Of a DNA stretch of 40,788 nucleotides, positions 17,202 to 25,578 are shown in pieces. The position numbers and the translations under genes were made by a program. How positions within the stretch are numbered: position 1 is the first letter of the stretch; the number at the start of each line of letters is the position of its first letter. This stretch comes from an uncultured Gammaproteobacteria bacterium (GTDB lineage: Bacteria > Patescibacteriota > Patescibacteriia > Patescibacteriales > UBA12465), in the NCBI GenBank assembly GCA_964567015.1, contig CAZMKG010000001.1:51488-92275 (forward strand), given 5' to 3'. The notes under the pieces were generated by a model. That model saw only the letters and a program-made list of their open reading frames with translations, was not told where the DNA came from and did not search any database.

Positions 17202-18419
17202 ATGGTCAATATTTTGGGAATAAATTTAAGCGGATTAAGCCAATCAGAGGTCTTAAAAAAGATCACTGATTTTTTAAATAGCGGCGAATCGCATTATGTC
17301 GTTACCCCGAATCCGGAAATTATTCTAGCCGCCGGGAAAGACGAAGAGCTTTTCTATATTTTAAATGAAGCCGATCTATCCCTGGCTGATGGTTTCGGTT
17401 TAAAAATGGCCGGTTGGTTGTTTGGTGTTAATATACCGCGTGTTACCGGTTCGGATACAACCGTTGAACTTCTAAAAATCGCCGCCGAAAAAGGGAATAG
17501 AGTAATGATTTTAAATTGGGAAAACGGACTTTCGCAATCTAATGATATTAAAACTGCTTTAGACAAGAAATTCCCCGGTTTGATTTTTTCTGTTTTAGAT
17601 ATTAGCCGCGATAAATTTTTATCAAACGAAAACGTAGAAAAAATAAATCAATTTGCGCCGGAAATTTTGTTCAACACTCTTGGCTCTCCGTATCAGGAAA
17701 AATTAATGTATCATAATATAAAAAAATTGCCTTCCGTCAGAGTTGCGCTAGGAATCGGCGGATCGTTTGATTTTATCACCGGCAAAGCCAAGCGCGCGCC
17801 GAAGATATTTCGCTCTTTGGGTTTAGAATGGTTTTGGCGTTTATTAATTTCTTTTTTTGGAAAAAATCCCGGTAAAAGAATAAAACGAGTATATCAAGCG
17901 ACTTTTGTTTTTATCGGCCGAGTGCTCCTGGGGCGTTTCTTTTATCCATTTTTTTATCGTAAAAACGTCGCTTGTTTTCTTTATAAAAAAAATGGGGGGG
18001 AATTCGAGGTTTTAGTGGTAGAGAGAGCGGATCATCCCGGACATTGGCAGTTGCCGCAAGGAGGGACTGACGGCGAACCACTGGATGTTGCCGGAGCGCG
18101 GGAATTGCGCGAAGAATTAGGAACTGATAAAATTACTATTCGTGCGGCTTTTAAAAATGTTTACCGCTATAAATTTTCCGATAGGGATAAGTATGCTGCC
18201 ATTAATTCACGCCACCTCGCTTTTAATCATAAAGGCCAAAGCCAGGGACTTTTAATTGCCGAGTTTACTGGCAGCGACAGCGATATAAAAATAAATTTCT
18301 GGGATCATCGGAACTGGAAGTGGGTTGAAATTGATCAATTAGTTGACACCGTGCATGAATTTAGAAAAGAAGGCTGCAAAAAATTCTTAGTAAAATTTAA
18401 ATCATTAAATCTTAATTAA
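17202..18419 (+). CDS. fusion protein: WecG/TagA/CpsF-type glycosyltransferase (GT26) plus a C-terminal NUDIX hydrolase domain
   Basis: Residues 1 to about 235 carry ILGINLSGLS, HYVVTPNPEIILAA, LSLADGFGLKMAGW and LEWFWRL, all GT26 hallmarks. Residues from about 250 to 405 carry the Nudix-box-like GGTDGEPLDVAGARELREELG. It is one uninterrupted ORF. Confidence 0.7.
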   Translation: MVNILGINLSGLSQSEVLKKITDFLNSGESHYVVTPNPEIILAAGKDEELFYILNEADLSLADGFGLKMAGWLFGVNIPRVTGSDTTVELLKIAAEKGNRVMILNWENGLSQSNDIKTALDKKFPGLIFSVLDISRDKFLSNENVEKINQFAPEILFNTLGSPYQEKLMYHNIKKLPSVRVALGIGGSFDFITGKAKRAPKIFRSLGLEWFWRLLISFFGKNPGKRIKRVYQATFVFIGRVLLGRFFYPFFYRKNVACFLYKKNGGEFEVLVVERADHPGHWQLPQGGTDGEPLDVAGARELREELGTDKITIRAAFKNVYRYKFSDRDKYAAINSRHLAFNHKGQSQGLLIAEFTGSDSDIKINFWDHRNWKWVEIDQLVDTVHEFRKEGCKKFLVKFKSLNLN

Positions 18420-18441
18420 TTTTTAGATAACTCAAAATAAT

Positions 18442-19905
18442 ATGTCTGTTTTCCATGATAAATCATCTGATAAAAAAGTACGCTTGCGCTTTGCGCCATC
18501 TCCAACCGGTTTTCTTCATTTAGGAAACTTCCGTACAGCTTTTTTTGGCTACCTCTTAGCTAAAAGCTGGGGTGGGGAATTTCTTCTGCGTATTGAAGAT
18601 ACTGACCAAAAAAGAGAAGTGGAAGGCGCTACGGAAAAACTTATAGAAATTCTTAAGTGGATTGGCGTTAATTTTGACGAAGGTCCGAATATCGGTGGCG
18701 ATTATGGTCCTTATATTCAAACTGAACGCCTGGATATTTATAAAGAATATGCGGATAAATTACTAAAGGATGGTAAAGCTTATCGTTGTTTTTGCACTGA
18801 GGAGCGTTTAACTGATATGCGTTTAGCGCAAGAGGCAAATAACGAAGCGCCGCGCTATGATCGTTTATGCCGCGATTTAAGCGAAGTGGAAATTGAGAAA
18901 AAATTAAAAGCCGGCGAAAGTTTTGTTATCCGCCAAAAAATGCCGCTCGAAGGTGAAATAATTGTTCATGACGAGATTCGAGGCGATATAAAATTTCAAG
19001 CCGCTGATTTAGACGACCAAGTCTTAGTAAAGTCTAATGGTGTTCCGACTTATCAATTTGCCAGTGTAATTGATGATCACTTAATGGAAATATCTCATGT
19101 TACTCGCGGCGACGAATGGCTGCCTTCTTTTCCAAAAAATATTTTATTATACGAAGCATTTGGTTGGACTCCGCCTAAATTTATCCATTTAGCTTTAATC
19201 TTAAATAAAACAGGAGGAAAACTTAGCAAACGCCAAGGCGATGTTTTTATTGAACAATATCGGGATAAAGGTTATTTACAAGAGTCTATTATTAATTTTT
19301 GCGCGCTTTTAGGTTGGCACGGAAAAAATGATAAAGAAATATATTCGCTCGCTGAACTTGAAAAAGAATTTTCTCTTGAAGGTATTGGCGCCAGCCCGGC
19401 AATTTTTGATATTGAAAAGTTAGATTATTATAACGGTTATTATATCCGTCAAAAATCACTTAAAGAATTAACAGAGTTATGCCGACCATACCTTAAAAAG
19501 GCCGGCTATATAGTAGACGGCCAGAATATTTCGGCTTATGTCGGTTTAGCTCAAGAAAGAATGAAAAAGCTTGAAGATATAGTAGAAATGACCTCTTTTT
19601 TATTCGAATTACCGGCTTATGATGAAAGTCTTTTAGCCTGGAAGACTTTAAGCGTTAATGACGCTAAAAATAATCTAAAAGATTTAGAAATAGAATTGGA
19701 AAAAGTTACCGATAGCGATTGGACAAAAGAGAATTTAGAAACGGCAATTTTAAATTGGATAAAAGTTGGCGGCAAAAAAAATGGCGATTATTTATGGCCC
19801 CTACGTGTTGCCTTAACCGGACTTAAAAACAGTCCGGGCCCGTTCGAGGTGGCGGCCGCTTTAGGAAAAAATGAGAGTTTTAAACGTTTAAAAAAAGCTT
19901 TATAA
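18442..19905 (+). CDS. gltX: glutamyl-tRNA synthetase
   Basis: RFAPSPTGFLHLGNFRTA (HIGH-type motif), LRIEDTD, KLSKR (KMSKS-type), and length 487 aa. Confidence 0.92.
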   Translation: MSVFHDKSSDKKVRLRFAPSPTGFLHLGNFRTAFFGYLLAKSWGGEFLLRIEDTDQKREVEGATEKLIEILKWIGVNFDEGPNIGGDYGPYIQTERLDIYKEYADKLLKDGKAYRCFCTEERLTDMRLAQEANNEAPRYDRLCRDLSEVEIEKKLKAGESFVIRQKMPLEGEIIVHDEIRGDIKFQAADLDDQVLVKSNGVPTYQFASVIDDHLMEISHVTRGDEWLPSFPKNILLYEAFGWTPPKFIHLALILNKTGGKLSKRQGDVFIEQYRDKGYLQESIINFCALLGWHGKNDKEIYSLAELEKEFSLEGIGASPAIFDIEKLDYYNGYYIRQKSLKELTELCRPYLKKAGYIVDGQNISAYVGLAQERMKKLEDIVEMTSFLFELPAYDESLLAWKTLSVNDAKNNLKDLEIELEKVTDSDWTKENLETAILNWIKVGGKKNGDYLWPLRVALTGLKNSPGPFEVAAALGKNESFKRLKKAL

Positions 19906-19927
19906 AATTAATAATTATAAGAAAAGT

Positions 19928-20935
19928 ATGGTCGGGATAGAAATGACACCAAAAAAGAAAACAATAATTATCTTGGGTGGAATTATTTTTTTATTATCGC
20001 TAATCACTCTAAGCTTCTTTATTGGTAGATATGATGTAAAAAAAGAACTAACACAGAATACAAAAAAAATAGAAAAGCATGAAATCGGGTACAGATATAT
20101 CAGCCCTTTATTAGAGTGTGAAAATTATAATCCGTTAAATTATAATTATTCTTTATTGGAAAAAAATATAAAAAAAATAATTAATTCACACATTTCTAAA
20201 AAAGAAGTCGATTCAGTCTCTCTTTACTTTCGTGATTTGAATAACGGACCATGGATAGAAATAAACGGGGGGGATAAGTTCTCTCCAGCCAGTTTATTAA
20301 AAGTTCCTTTAATGATGGTTTATTTTAATTTAGCTGAAAATGATAAAAATCTTTTAGATAAAAAGTTAATCGTCAAAAATTATAAAACAGAAGCTTCACC
20401 AAATATTTTGCCGCAAAAATCCGTTAAGATTGGAGAAGAGTACACAGTTGAAGAGTTGATAGGTTATATGATTAAATATTCAGACAATACGGCTGCTAAT
20501 ACTTTATTAGCAAACATCTCCATAAAAGATACAGAAGAGATATACAATGACTTTAATTTAAAAATACCCGGATTAGATGGATCTGAAAATTTTATGAGTG
20601 TAACTGAATACGCTTCTTTTTTCCGTATACTATATAATGCTTCTTATCTTGATAGGGAAATGTCGGAAAAAGCTTTAAAATTATTAACTTCTTCAGCTTT
20701 TACTAATGGTATAGTCGCCGGTCTCCCTGATAACACAATGGTTGCTCATAAATTTGGTGAAAGAGTTTTTGAAAACAAAAAACAACTCCATGATTGCGGT
20801 ATTATTTACTCTCTTAATGGCAATTATCTGCTTTGTGTTATGACTAAGGGAGATGATTTTGAAAAAATGAAAACTACAATAGCCGATATTTCTAAAGATG
20901 TTTTTAATGGTATGAATTCGTTTACAAAACAATAA
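19928..20935 (+). CDS. membrane-anchored class A beta-lactamase-fold serine hydrolase
   Basis: N-terminal TM helix. S-x-x-K in FSPASLLKV, SDN in KYSDNTAAN, and the K-T/F-G-like HKFGE. Confidence 0.6.
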   Translation: MVGIEMTPKKKTIIILGGIIFLLSLITLSFFIGRYDVKKELTQNTKKIEKHEIGYRYISPLLECENYNPLNYNYSLLEKNIKKIINSHISKKEVDSVSLYFRDLNNGPWIEINGGDKFSPASLLKVPLMMVYFNLAENDKNLLDKKLIVKNYKTEASPNILPQKSVKIGEEYTVEELIGYMIKYSDNTAANTLLANISIKDTEEIYNDFNLKIPGLDGSENFMSVTEYASFFRILYNASYLDREMSEKALKLLTSSAFTNGIVAGLPDNTMVAHKFGERVFENKKQLHDCGIIYSLNGNYLLCVMTKGDDFEKMKTTIADISKDVFNGMNSFTKQ

Positions 20936-20957
20936 AAAAATGTTATAGTGATAGAAC

Positions 20958-22187
20958 ATGAGAAATAGAATTATAAAATCAGTAATTATTTTCTTTATCC
21001 TTTCCGGCTTTTTAGGTGCGGCTCCTTTTGTTTTTAGTCAAACAGGGAATATAGATGCGGAAATAAACGATCTTAATCTAAAAATTCAAAATCAGAAAAA
21101 ACAAATAGAAACCCTTAAGGCAAAACAGAAAGAATACCAAGCTCAAATAGACGCCAAACGCCGCGATCGCGTGAGTTTAAACAACCAATTGGCTATAATC
21201 GAGGACCGTTTGGCTCAAGCCCAGCTCGATATCGACGGCGTGAATTTAGAAATAGATAAAACTAATTTGGAAATACAAAAAACTGAAATAGACAGCGCCA
21301 ATCTTGATGCCAAGATAGAGGAGAAGAAGCAGCACATCGCCAACTTATTGCGTCTTGTTTATAAGCAAGACCAGATGACGACGCTTGAAATGCTTTTGCT
21401 TAACGGATCTTTATCCGATTTTCTAAATCAAGCCAAATATCTCGAGGACACGAATAATGAAATAGGGAAAAGCGTCGAGGATTTGCGGGCCGATAAAGAA
21501 CGTCTTGATGGCAACAAAGAAACTTTAAACGGAAAAAGCGCCAAATTAATAGCTTTAAAAGAACAACTTAAAGAAAAGGAAGGCGCTCTTTCTTATGAAC
21601 AAGAAAGTAAAACTTATATCCTGGAAGAAACAAAATCTTCGGAAAAACAATATCAAGCCTTATTGGCTAAAGCTAAAAAAGAACAGGATCAAGCGGCCGC
21701 GGAAATATCCAGCGCCGAAAACCAGATTAGGAAAAAGATGTCGCAGAAAGATAAACAGAGGCTTGATGGTGGTAATAATACGATTGCTTGGCCAGTCCCT
21801 AAAAATATAATAACCACCTCTTTCCATGATCCTGATTATCCGTATCGCAATATAATCGGCGAACACTCGGCAGTCGATATTAGAGCCGCGCAGGGAACAA
21901 CTATCGATGCCGCGGCTGATGGTTATGTCGCTAAAGTAAAATTTAATGGCGATAAAAGCTATGCTTATATCATGCTTATTCACGGAGACGGTTTAGCGAC
22001 TGTTTATGGTCATGTTTCGGCTGTTTATGTCACAACCGATCAATATGTTGTTCAGGGGCAGGCTATCGGCCGTACCGGAGGAACACCGGGGACAATCGGT
22101 GCCGGATCAACCACTACCGGACCGCATCTCCACTTTGAAGTTAGAAAGAATGGTCTACCGGTAAATCCGGAAAACTATCTCCCTTAA
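20958..22187 (+). CDS. M23 family metallopeptidase with an N-terminal coiled coil (EnvC-like layout)
   Basis: Signal/anchor sequence, about 250 aa of heptad-rich Q/K/E sequence, then HSAVDIRAAQGTTIDAAADGYV and GPHLHFEVRKNGLPVNP. Confidence 0.85.
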   Translation: MRNRIIKSVIIFFILSGFLGAAPFVFSQTGNIDAEINDLNLKIQNQKKQIETLKAKQKEYQAQIDAKRRDRVSLNNQLAIIEDRLAQAQLDIDGVNLEIDKTNLEIQKTEIDSANLDAKIEEKKQHIANLLRLVYKQDQMTTLEMLLLNGSLSDFLNQAKYLEDTNNEIGKSVEDLRADKERLDGNKETLNGKSAKLIALKEQLKEKEGALSYEQESKTYILEETKSSEKQYQALLAKAKKEQDQAAAEISSAENQIRKKMSQKDKQRLDGGNNTIAWPVPKNIITTSFHDPDYPYRNIIGEHSAVDIRAAQGTTIDAAADGYVAKVKFNGDKSYAYIMLIHGDGLATVYGHVSAVYVTTDQYVVQGQAIGRTGGTPGTIGAGSTTTGPHLHFEVRKNGLPVNPENYLP

Positions 22188-22208
22188 TAAGAATAAAAAA
22201 TATTTTTT

Positions 22209-22236
22209 AAAAACCGAGTCGATGCTCGGTTTTTTT
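22209..22236. terminator. bidirectional intrinsic terminator
   Basis: AAAAACCGAG, TCGATG loop, CTCGGTTTTTTT. It lies between the convergent M23 and xer genes and touches the xer stop codon. Confidence 0.8.
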
Positions 22237-23191
22237 AGAATTTACGTTTATCATGGACCTGCCGATGAATATCCCGCAGTTGTTTATTAGTGACATGGGT
22301 ATAAATTTGAGTGGTAGCAATATTACTATGACCTAAAAATTCCTGAACTGTTCTTAAATCAACACCGGAATTAAGCAAATCAGTCGCGAAAGAATGGCGC
22401 AGGGTATGAGGAGTGGCCATAACAGGTAAGCCGGAAATAATTACATATTTTTTAACAATATCTTCGATACTTTTAACGGTTAAACGACGGGAAGCGCTAG
22501 TTTTAGCACCGCCGCGTTTATAATTTATAAATAAAGCATCGTCCATATCTTTCCGTTCCTTAAGGTAGGCGCGTAAAGCCTTAATTGCGCGTTCAGAGAA
22601 GTAAACAGTTCTTATTTTACTGCCTTTACCAACCACGGCAATTTCCAAATCGCTTGTTTCATCTTTAATTCTTAATTGATCGCGATTTAGAGCCGCTAAT
22701 TCGGCCACGCGCAATCCGGTAGAAAACAAGGTTTCTAAAATCGACCGATCACGCAATCCAATAATTGTTCCGGCCTCGGGAGCGCTTAGTAAATTAGAAA
22801 GCTGATTTAAAGTTAAAAATTTTATTTCTTTATCGGCTTTATCTTTGGCCAATTTTACTTTCGACGGAGGCAGGGAAGCCACGTTCTTTTCTACAAAAAA
22901 CTCTAAAAGAGACCTTAGGGCTATCAAATAGTAGTTCTGAGTGGTCTTTTTTAGTGTTTTTCTGGTTTTAGGGTCAATATGGCGCGAAAGATACACTTTA
23001 TACTGCCAAACATGGTCTGGGGTCAATTCTGAAGGTTTTAGAGCCTCAATTTTAGCCTCCTTAAGCCAAGAGAAGAACTTCCGCAGGAAACGGGTGTAGT
23101 TTTCCTGGGTCTTTGAAGATAGGCCTTTTTCAACCTCGGAATAGTCAAGGAAATCAATTAAATATTGTATTATCGGTTTTTGTAAACCCAT
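22235..23191 (-). CDS. xerC: Xer-type tyrosine site-specific recombinase (XerC and XerD cannot be distinguished)
   Basis: 318 aa. It has the N-terminal SAM-like core-binding domain, the catalytic region GLRVAELAAL (R), HTLRHSFATDLL (H-x-x-R) and LGHSNIATTQIYTHV (H and the Y nucleophile). Confidence 0.85.
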   Translation of the reverse strand: MGLQKPIIQYLIDFLDYSEVEKGLSSKTQENYTRFLRKFFSWLKEAKIEALKPSELTPDHVWQYKVYLSRHIDPKTRKTLKKTTQNYYLIALRSLLEFFVEKNVASLPPSKVKLAKDKADKEIKFLTLNQLSNLLSAPEAGTIIGLRDRSILETLFSTGLRVAELAALNRDQLRIKDETSDLEIAVVGKGSKIRTVYFSERAIKALRAYLKERKDMDDALFINYKRGGAKTSASRRLTVKSIEDIVKKYVIISGLPVMATPHTLRHSFATDLLNSGVDLRTVQEFLGHSNIATTQIYTHVTNKQLRDIHRQVHDKRKF

Positions 23192-23285
23192 ATAACTAAT
23201 AGGATTAAAATAATAAATAAAGAACGGGGCAGTATAGTTCTTATAGGTTTTTGTTTGTTTTTGCCCCGATTCTCTTATCTTTGAT

Positions 23286-23313
23286 ACTTCGCATAATGTA
23301 TATTAATACACCT
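23286..23313. other. candidate dif-like Xer recombination site
   Basis: ACTTCGCATAA-TGTATA-TTAATACACCT. The 16-mer CGCATAATGTATATTA matches E. coli dif (GGTGCGCATAATGTATATTATGTTAAAT) in the same register, and 19 of 28 positions match B. subtilis dif (ACTTCCTAGAATATATATTATGTAAACT). It lies 95 bp upstream of the xer start. The right arm is divergent. Confidence 0.5.
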
Positions 23314-23320
23314 ATTATAT

Positions 23321-23353
23321 AAGAAAACAAAAGGGGGTGCAAGGCCTCCTTTT
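23321..23353 (-). terminator. intrinsic terminator downstream of the FtsQ-like gene
   Basis: The minus strand reads AAAAGGAGG-CCTTGCA-CCCCCTTTT followed by GTTTTCTT, giving an 8-9 bp stem with one G-U pair. Confidence 0.55.
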
Positions 23354-23538
23354 AGGCTTTGTTGTTTTCTTTATAAGGCCATATTAAATAATATCCCCAT
23401 AAACTGAACATCCGGTTGGAATAATAGAATTATTTTTATGGCTATTAAAAATAAACCGATAATAACCGCGCAAAAAATAATGACGGCGAGAAAGAAAAAA
23501 AATTTAAAAGCGCCTTCCATGTCCATATTTTTATTTGA

Positions 23539-24387
23539 TTAATGAATAAATATCCGATCGCCGTAGCGGAGGTCGATATAGTTAGTCTTATTAAAATTAT
23601 CCTTTATTTTTTCCCTTTTTACAAGGACTAAGCGGTCTATTTGGTCTTTGGCGCCGCTTTTGGTGTTAAAATATACCAACGGGCCGTCTTTAAATTTTAC
23701 TTGAATGGTGTTAAATTCCCGGTCGATAATGAAGCGTTCGACGGATAATTCCGGAACGAGAGATAGGTTGTTGGCTAGATCCAAAATAAATTTTAAATAT
23801 TCATCAGAAATATTTATTTTATTGTCAGAGTTAATTAAATCGATGTTATTTTTATTTTCCAATATAAGATAGCGCGATTTGTCATCTTCGGAAACATTTT
23901 CCTCGCGGATGACATAAGCATCGATTGAAGCGTAAAAGAAGTTGTTTCCCTGCTGAAAAATAAAAGAATAGGGGCGTTCACCGACTTTGACAAGAAGGGT
24001 CTTCGCCGGATGTTTAGTTATTTCAACAGAGGCAAGATTATAGGATGATAAGATTTTTTCGCGCGCTTCTTCTCTGTTAAAAAGCCAAATACTATTTTGC
24101 TTAAAAAAGCCGTAACACTTCTGGTTTGTTTGCTCGTTAACCATTGCCCTTATATTGTCGTCTGATATTCTTGTCAGTCCTTCAATCTTAATATTATTAA
24201 TTCGCCAAATTGGTGAAAAACAAAAAAACCAAAAAATAAAAATTAAAAAAGAAACGCTTAAAACGGCTATTAAGATAAATGCGTGTTTACCCTTCTCTTT
24301 TCTGGGTTTATGAAAAAAAGGATTAGCAAGATTATTCCGCTGATAGTCTTTCTTTATTTTTTTTGAGTATGTTGTTCCTATTGACAT
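23539..24387 (-). CDS. ftsQ: FtsQ/DivIB-like cell-division protein (POTRA domain)
   Basis: Basic N-tail, one TM helix (AFILIAVLSVSFLIFIFWFFCF), the POTRA-like WRINNIKIEGLTRISDDNIRAMV, and a beta-rich C-domain. Confidence 0.6.
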   Translation of the reverse strand: MSIGTTYSKKIKKDYQRNNLANPFFHKPRKEKGKHAFILIAVLSVSFLIFIFWFFCFSPIWRINNIKIEGLTRISDDNIRAMVNEQTNQKCYGFFKQNSIWLFNREEAREKILSSYNLASVEITKHPAKTLLVKVGERPYSFIFQQGNNFFYASIDAYVIREENVSEDDKSRYLILENKNNIDLINSDNKINISDEYLKFILDLANNLSLVPELSVERFIIDREFNTIQVKFKDGPLVYFNTKSGAKDQIDRLVLVKREKIKDNFNKTNYIDLRYGDRIFIH

Positions 24388-24421
24388 AATCTATAAAAGA
24401 TGTCTTTTTATATATATCGGC

Positions 24422-25573
24422 TTACCAAATAATTTCCCTCTTTATATTCGGTTGCAAGCGGGCTAAAAATTCATAAGGGATAGTATCCATCAAGCGCGCT
24501 AAATTTAAAACAGAGTTTCTGTCTTCCCTTTCATCGGAAACTATTATTACCTGATCGCCTTTAGCAACAATTTGATCGCCAACATCAAGACAAGTCAGAT
24601 TCATGCATATTTTTCCGGCAATCGGAGCATATTTTCTTGAGTTAAGGCCGGATACTAAAAATTCCGCCCTGTTTGATAAACGTCTGTCGAGGCCTTCAAA
24701 ATAACCGAACGGGATAATCACAATACTAGTTTCCTTGGTTGTCCGATAGCTCTCATTATAGGAAACTGTTTCATCTGGTAGTAGCCTTTGCACAGAAACT
24801 GCTTTTGATCTAACCTTTAAAGCCGGTTTTAGGGATAAATTCTTCTCAAATTCCGCTTCTTCGGAATCGGATAACGGGCTATAACCGTAAAGGGCTAATC
24901 CGGGGCGATAAGCTGTCAAAAGCTTGTTGTTTAGTTTAAGAAGACCGGCGGAATTTCCAAGATGTATCCAGCGCGGATAATAATCGGCGGCGCGCAAATC
25001 GTCCAAAGATTTTATAAATTCATCTTCCTGCGCCTGATTCAAGATAGAACGCTCATCGGCTGACGCCAAGTGGGAACATAATCCGACAATTTCGACTTCA
25101 TCAAGGTATTCTTTATTATTTTTTATAAATTCCTTTATATTTTTTATGCCTTCGCGATTCATTCCTGAATTAACGAAAAGATGGACTTGGGCCCGCTTGC
25201 CGTAACGAGCTAAATATTTAAGAGTCTCGCTGTTATAAACGACAAATTCCGTGCGATCAAAATCACAATAATCATAAGCTCCTAGAGGCATTTCACCAAG
25301 AATCAAGACCTTTCTTTTGAAAAATTGCCAGGCTATCTGCGCTTCGGGGAAAGAATCAACGGCAACCATCGGCGCGGATGTTTTATTTATAATCAAACAC
25401 ATTTCTTTCAATCCGTGTCCATAAGCATTTGATTTTAAAACGGGAAAAATCTCCGCGCTTCCCTGCCGGTCTTTTAAATAATTGAAGTTAGCAATAATTT
25501 TTTTCGCGTCTATTTCTATAACATTTAAAGTTTCGTATTTCGGCTTTAAAAATTGGCGTAGATAGTTTATCAT
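24422..25573 (-). CDS. alr: alanine racemase
   Basis: PLP-lysine motif FPVLKSNAYGHGL and a typical C-terminal beta-domain (PIAGKICMNLTCLDV), 383 aa. Confidence 0.88.
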   Translation of the reverse strand: MINYLRQFLKPKYETLNVIEIDAKKIIANFNYLKDRQGSAEIFPVLKSNAYGHGLKEMCLIINKTSAPMVAVDSFPEAQIAWQFFKRKVLILGEMPLGAYDYCDFDRTEFVVYNSETLKYLARYGKRAQVHLFVNSGMNREGIKNIKEFIKNNKEYLDEVEIVGLCSHLASADERSILNQAQEDEFIKSLDDLRAADYYPRWIHLGNSAGLLKLNNKLLTAYRPGLALYGYSPLSDSEEAEFEKNLSLKPALKVRSKAVSVQRLLPDETVSYNESYRTTKETSIVIIPFGYFEGLDRRLSNRAEFLVSGLNSRKYAPIAGKICMNLTCLDVGDQIVAKGDQVIIVSDEREDRNSVLNLARLMDTIPYEFLARLQPNIKREIIW

Positions 25574-25578
25574 ATCAA

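Noticed and set aside
21595-21983. ORFs 21595-21810 (+) and 21660-21983 (-) inside the M23 peptidase gene
   Set aside because: They are alternative-frame or antisense ORFs within a gene with clear catalytic motifs. Their Lys/Arg-rich translations are artefacts of the A-rich coiled-coil coding region.
23224-23270. Hairpin CGGGGCA...TGCCCCG with a roughly 30-nt loop upstream of xer, considered as a small RNA or operator
   Set aside because: It is only a 7-bp stem with a long unstructured loop. There is no adjacent promoter or terminator signature, so the evidence is insufficient.
23445-23528. 27-aa hydrophobic micro-ORF (MDMEGAFKFFFFLAVIIFCAVIISVYF) 10 nt downstream of the FtsQ-like gene, with a further 19-aa ORF before the terminator
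   Set aside because: T-rich sequence gives Phe/Leu/Ile runs by chance, and there is no ribosome-binding signal or conservation evidence. On first pass I misread it as a 51-aa ORF; careful recounting shows a stop codon. It is worth rechecking only if peptidomics or conservation data exist.
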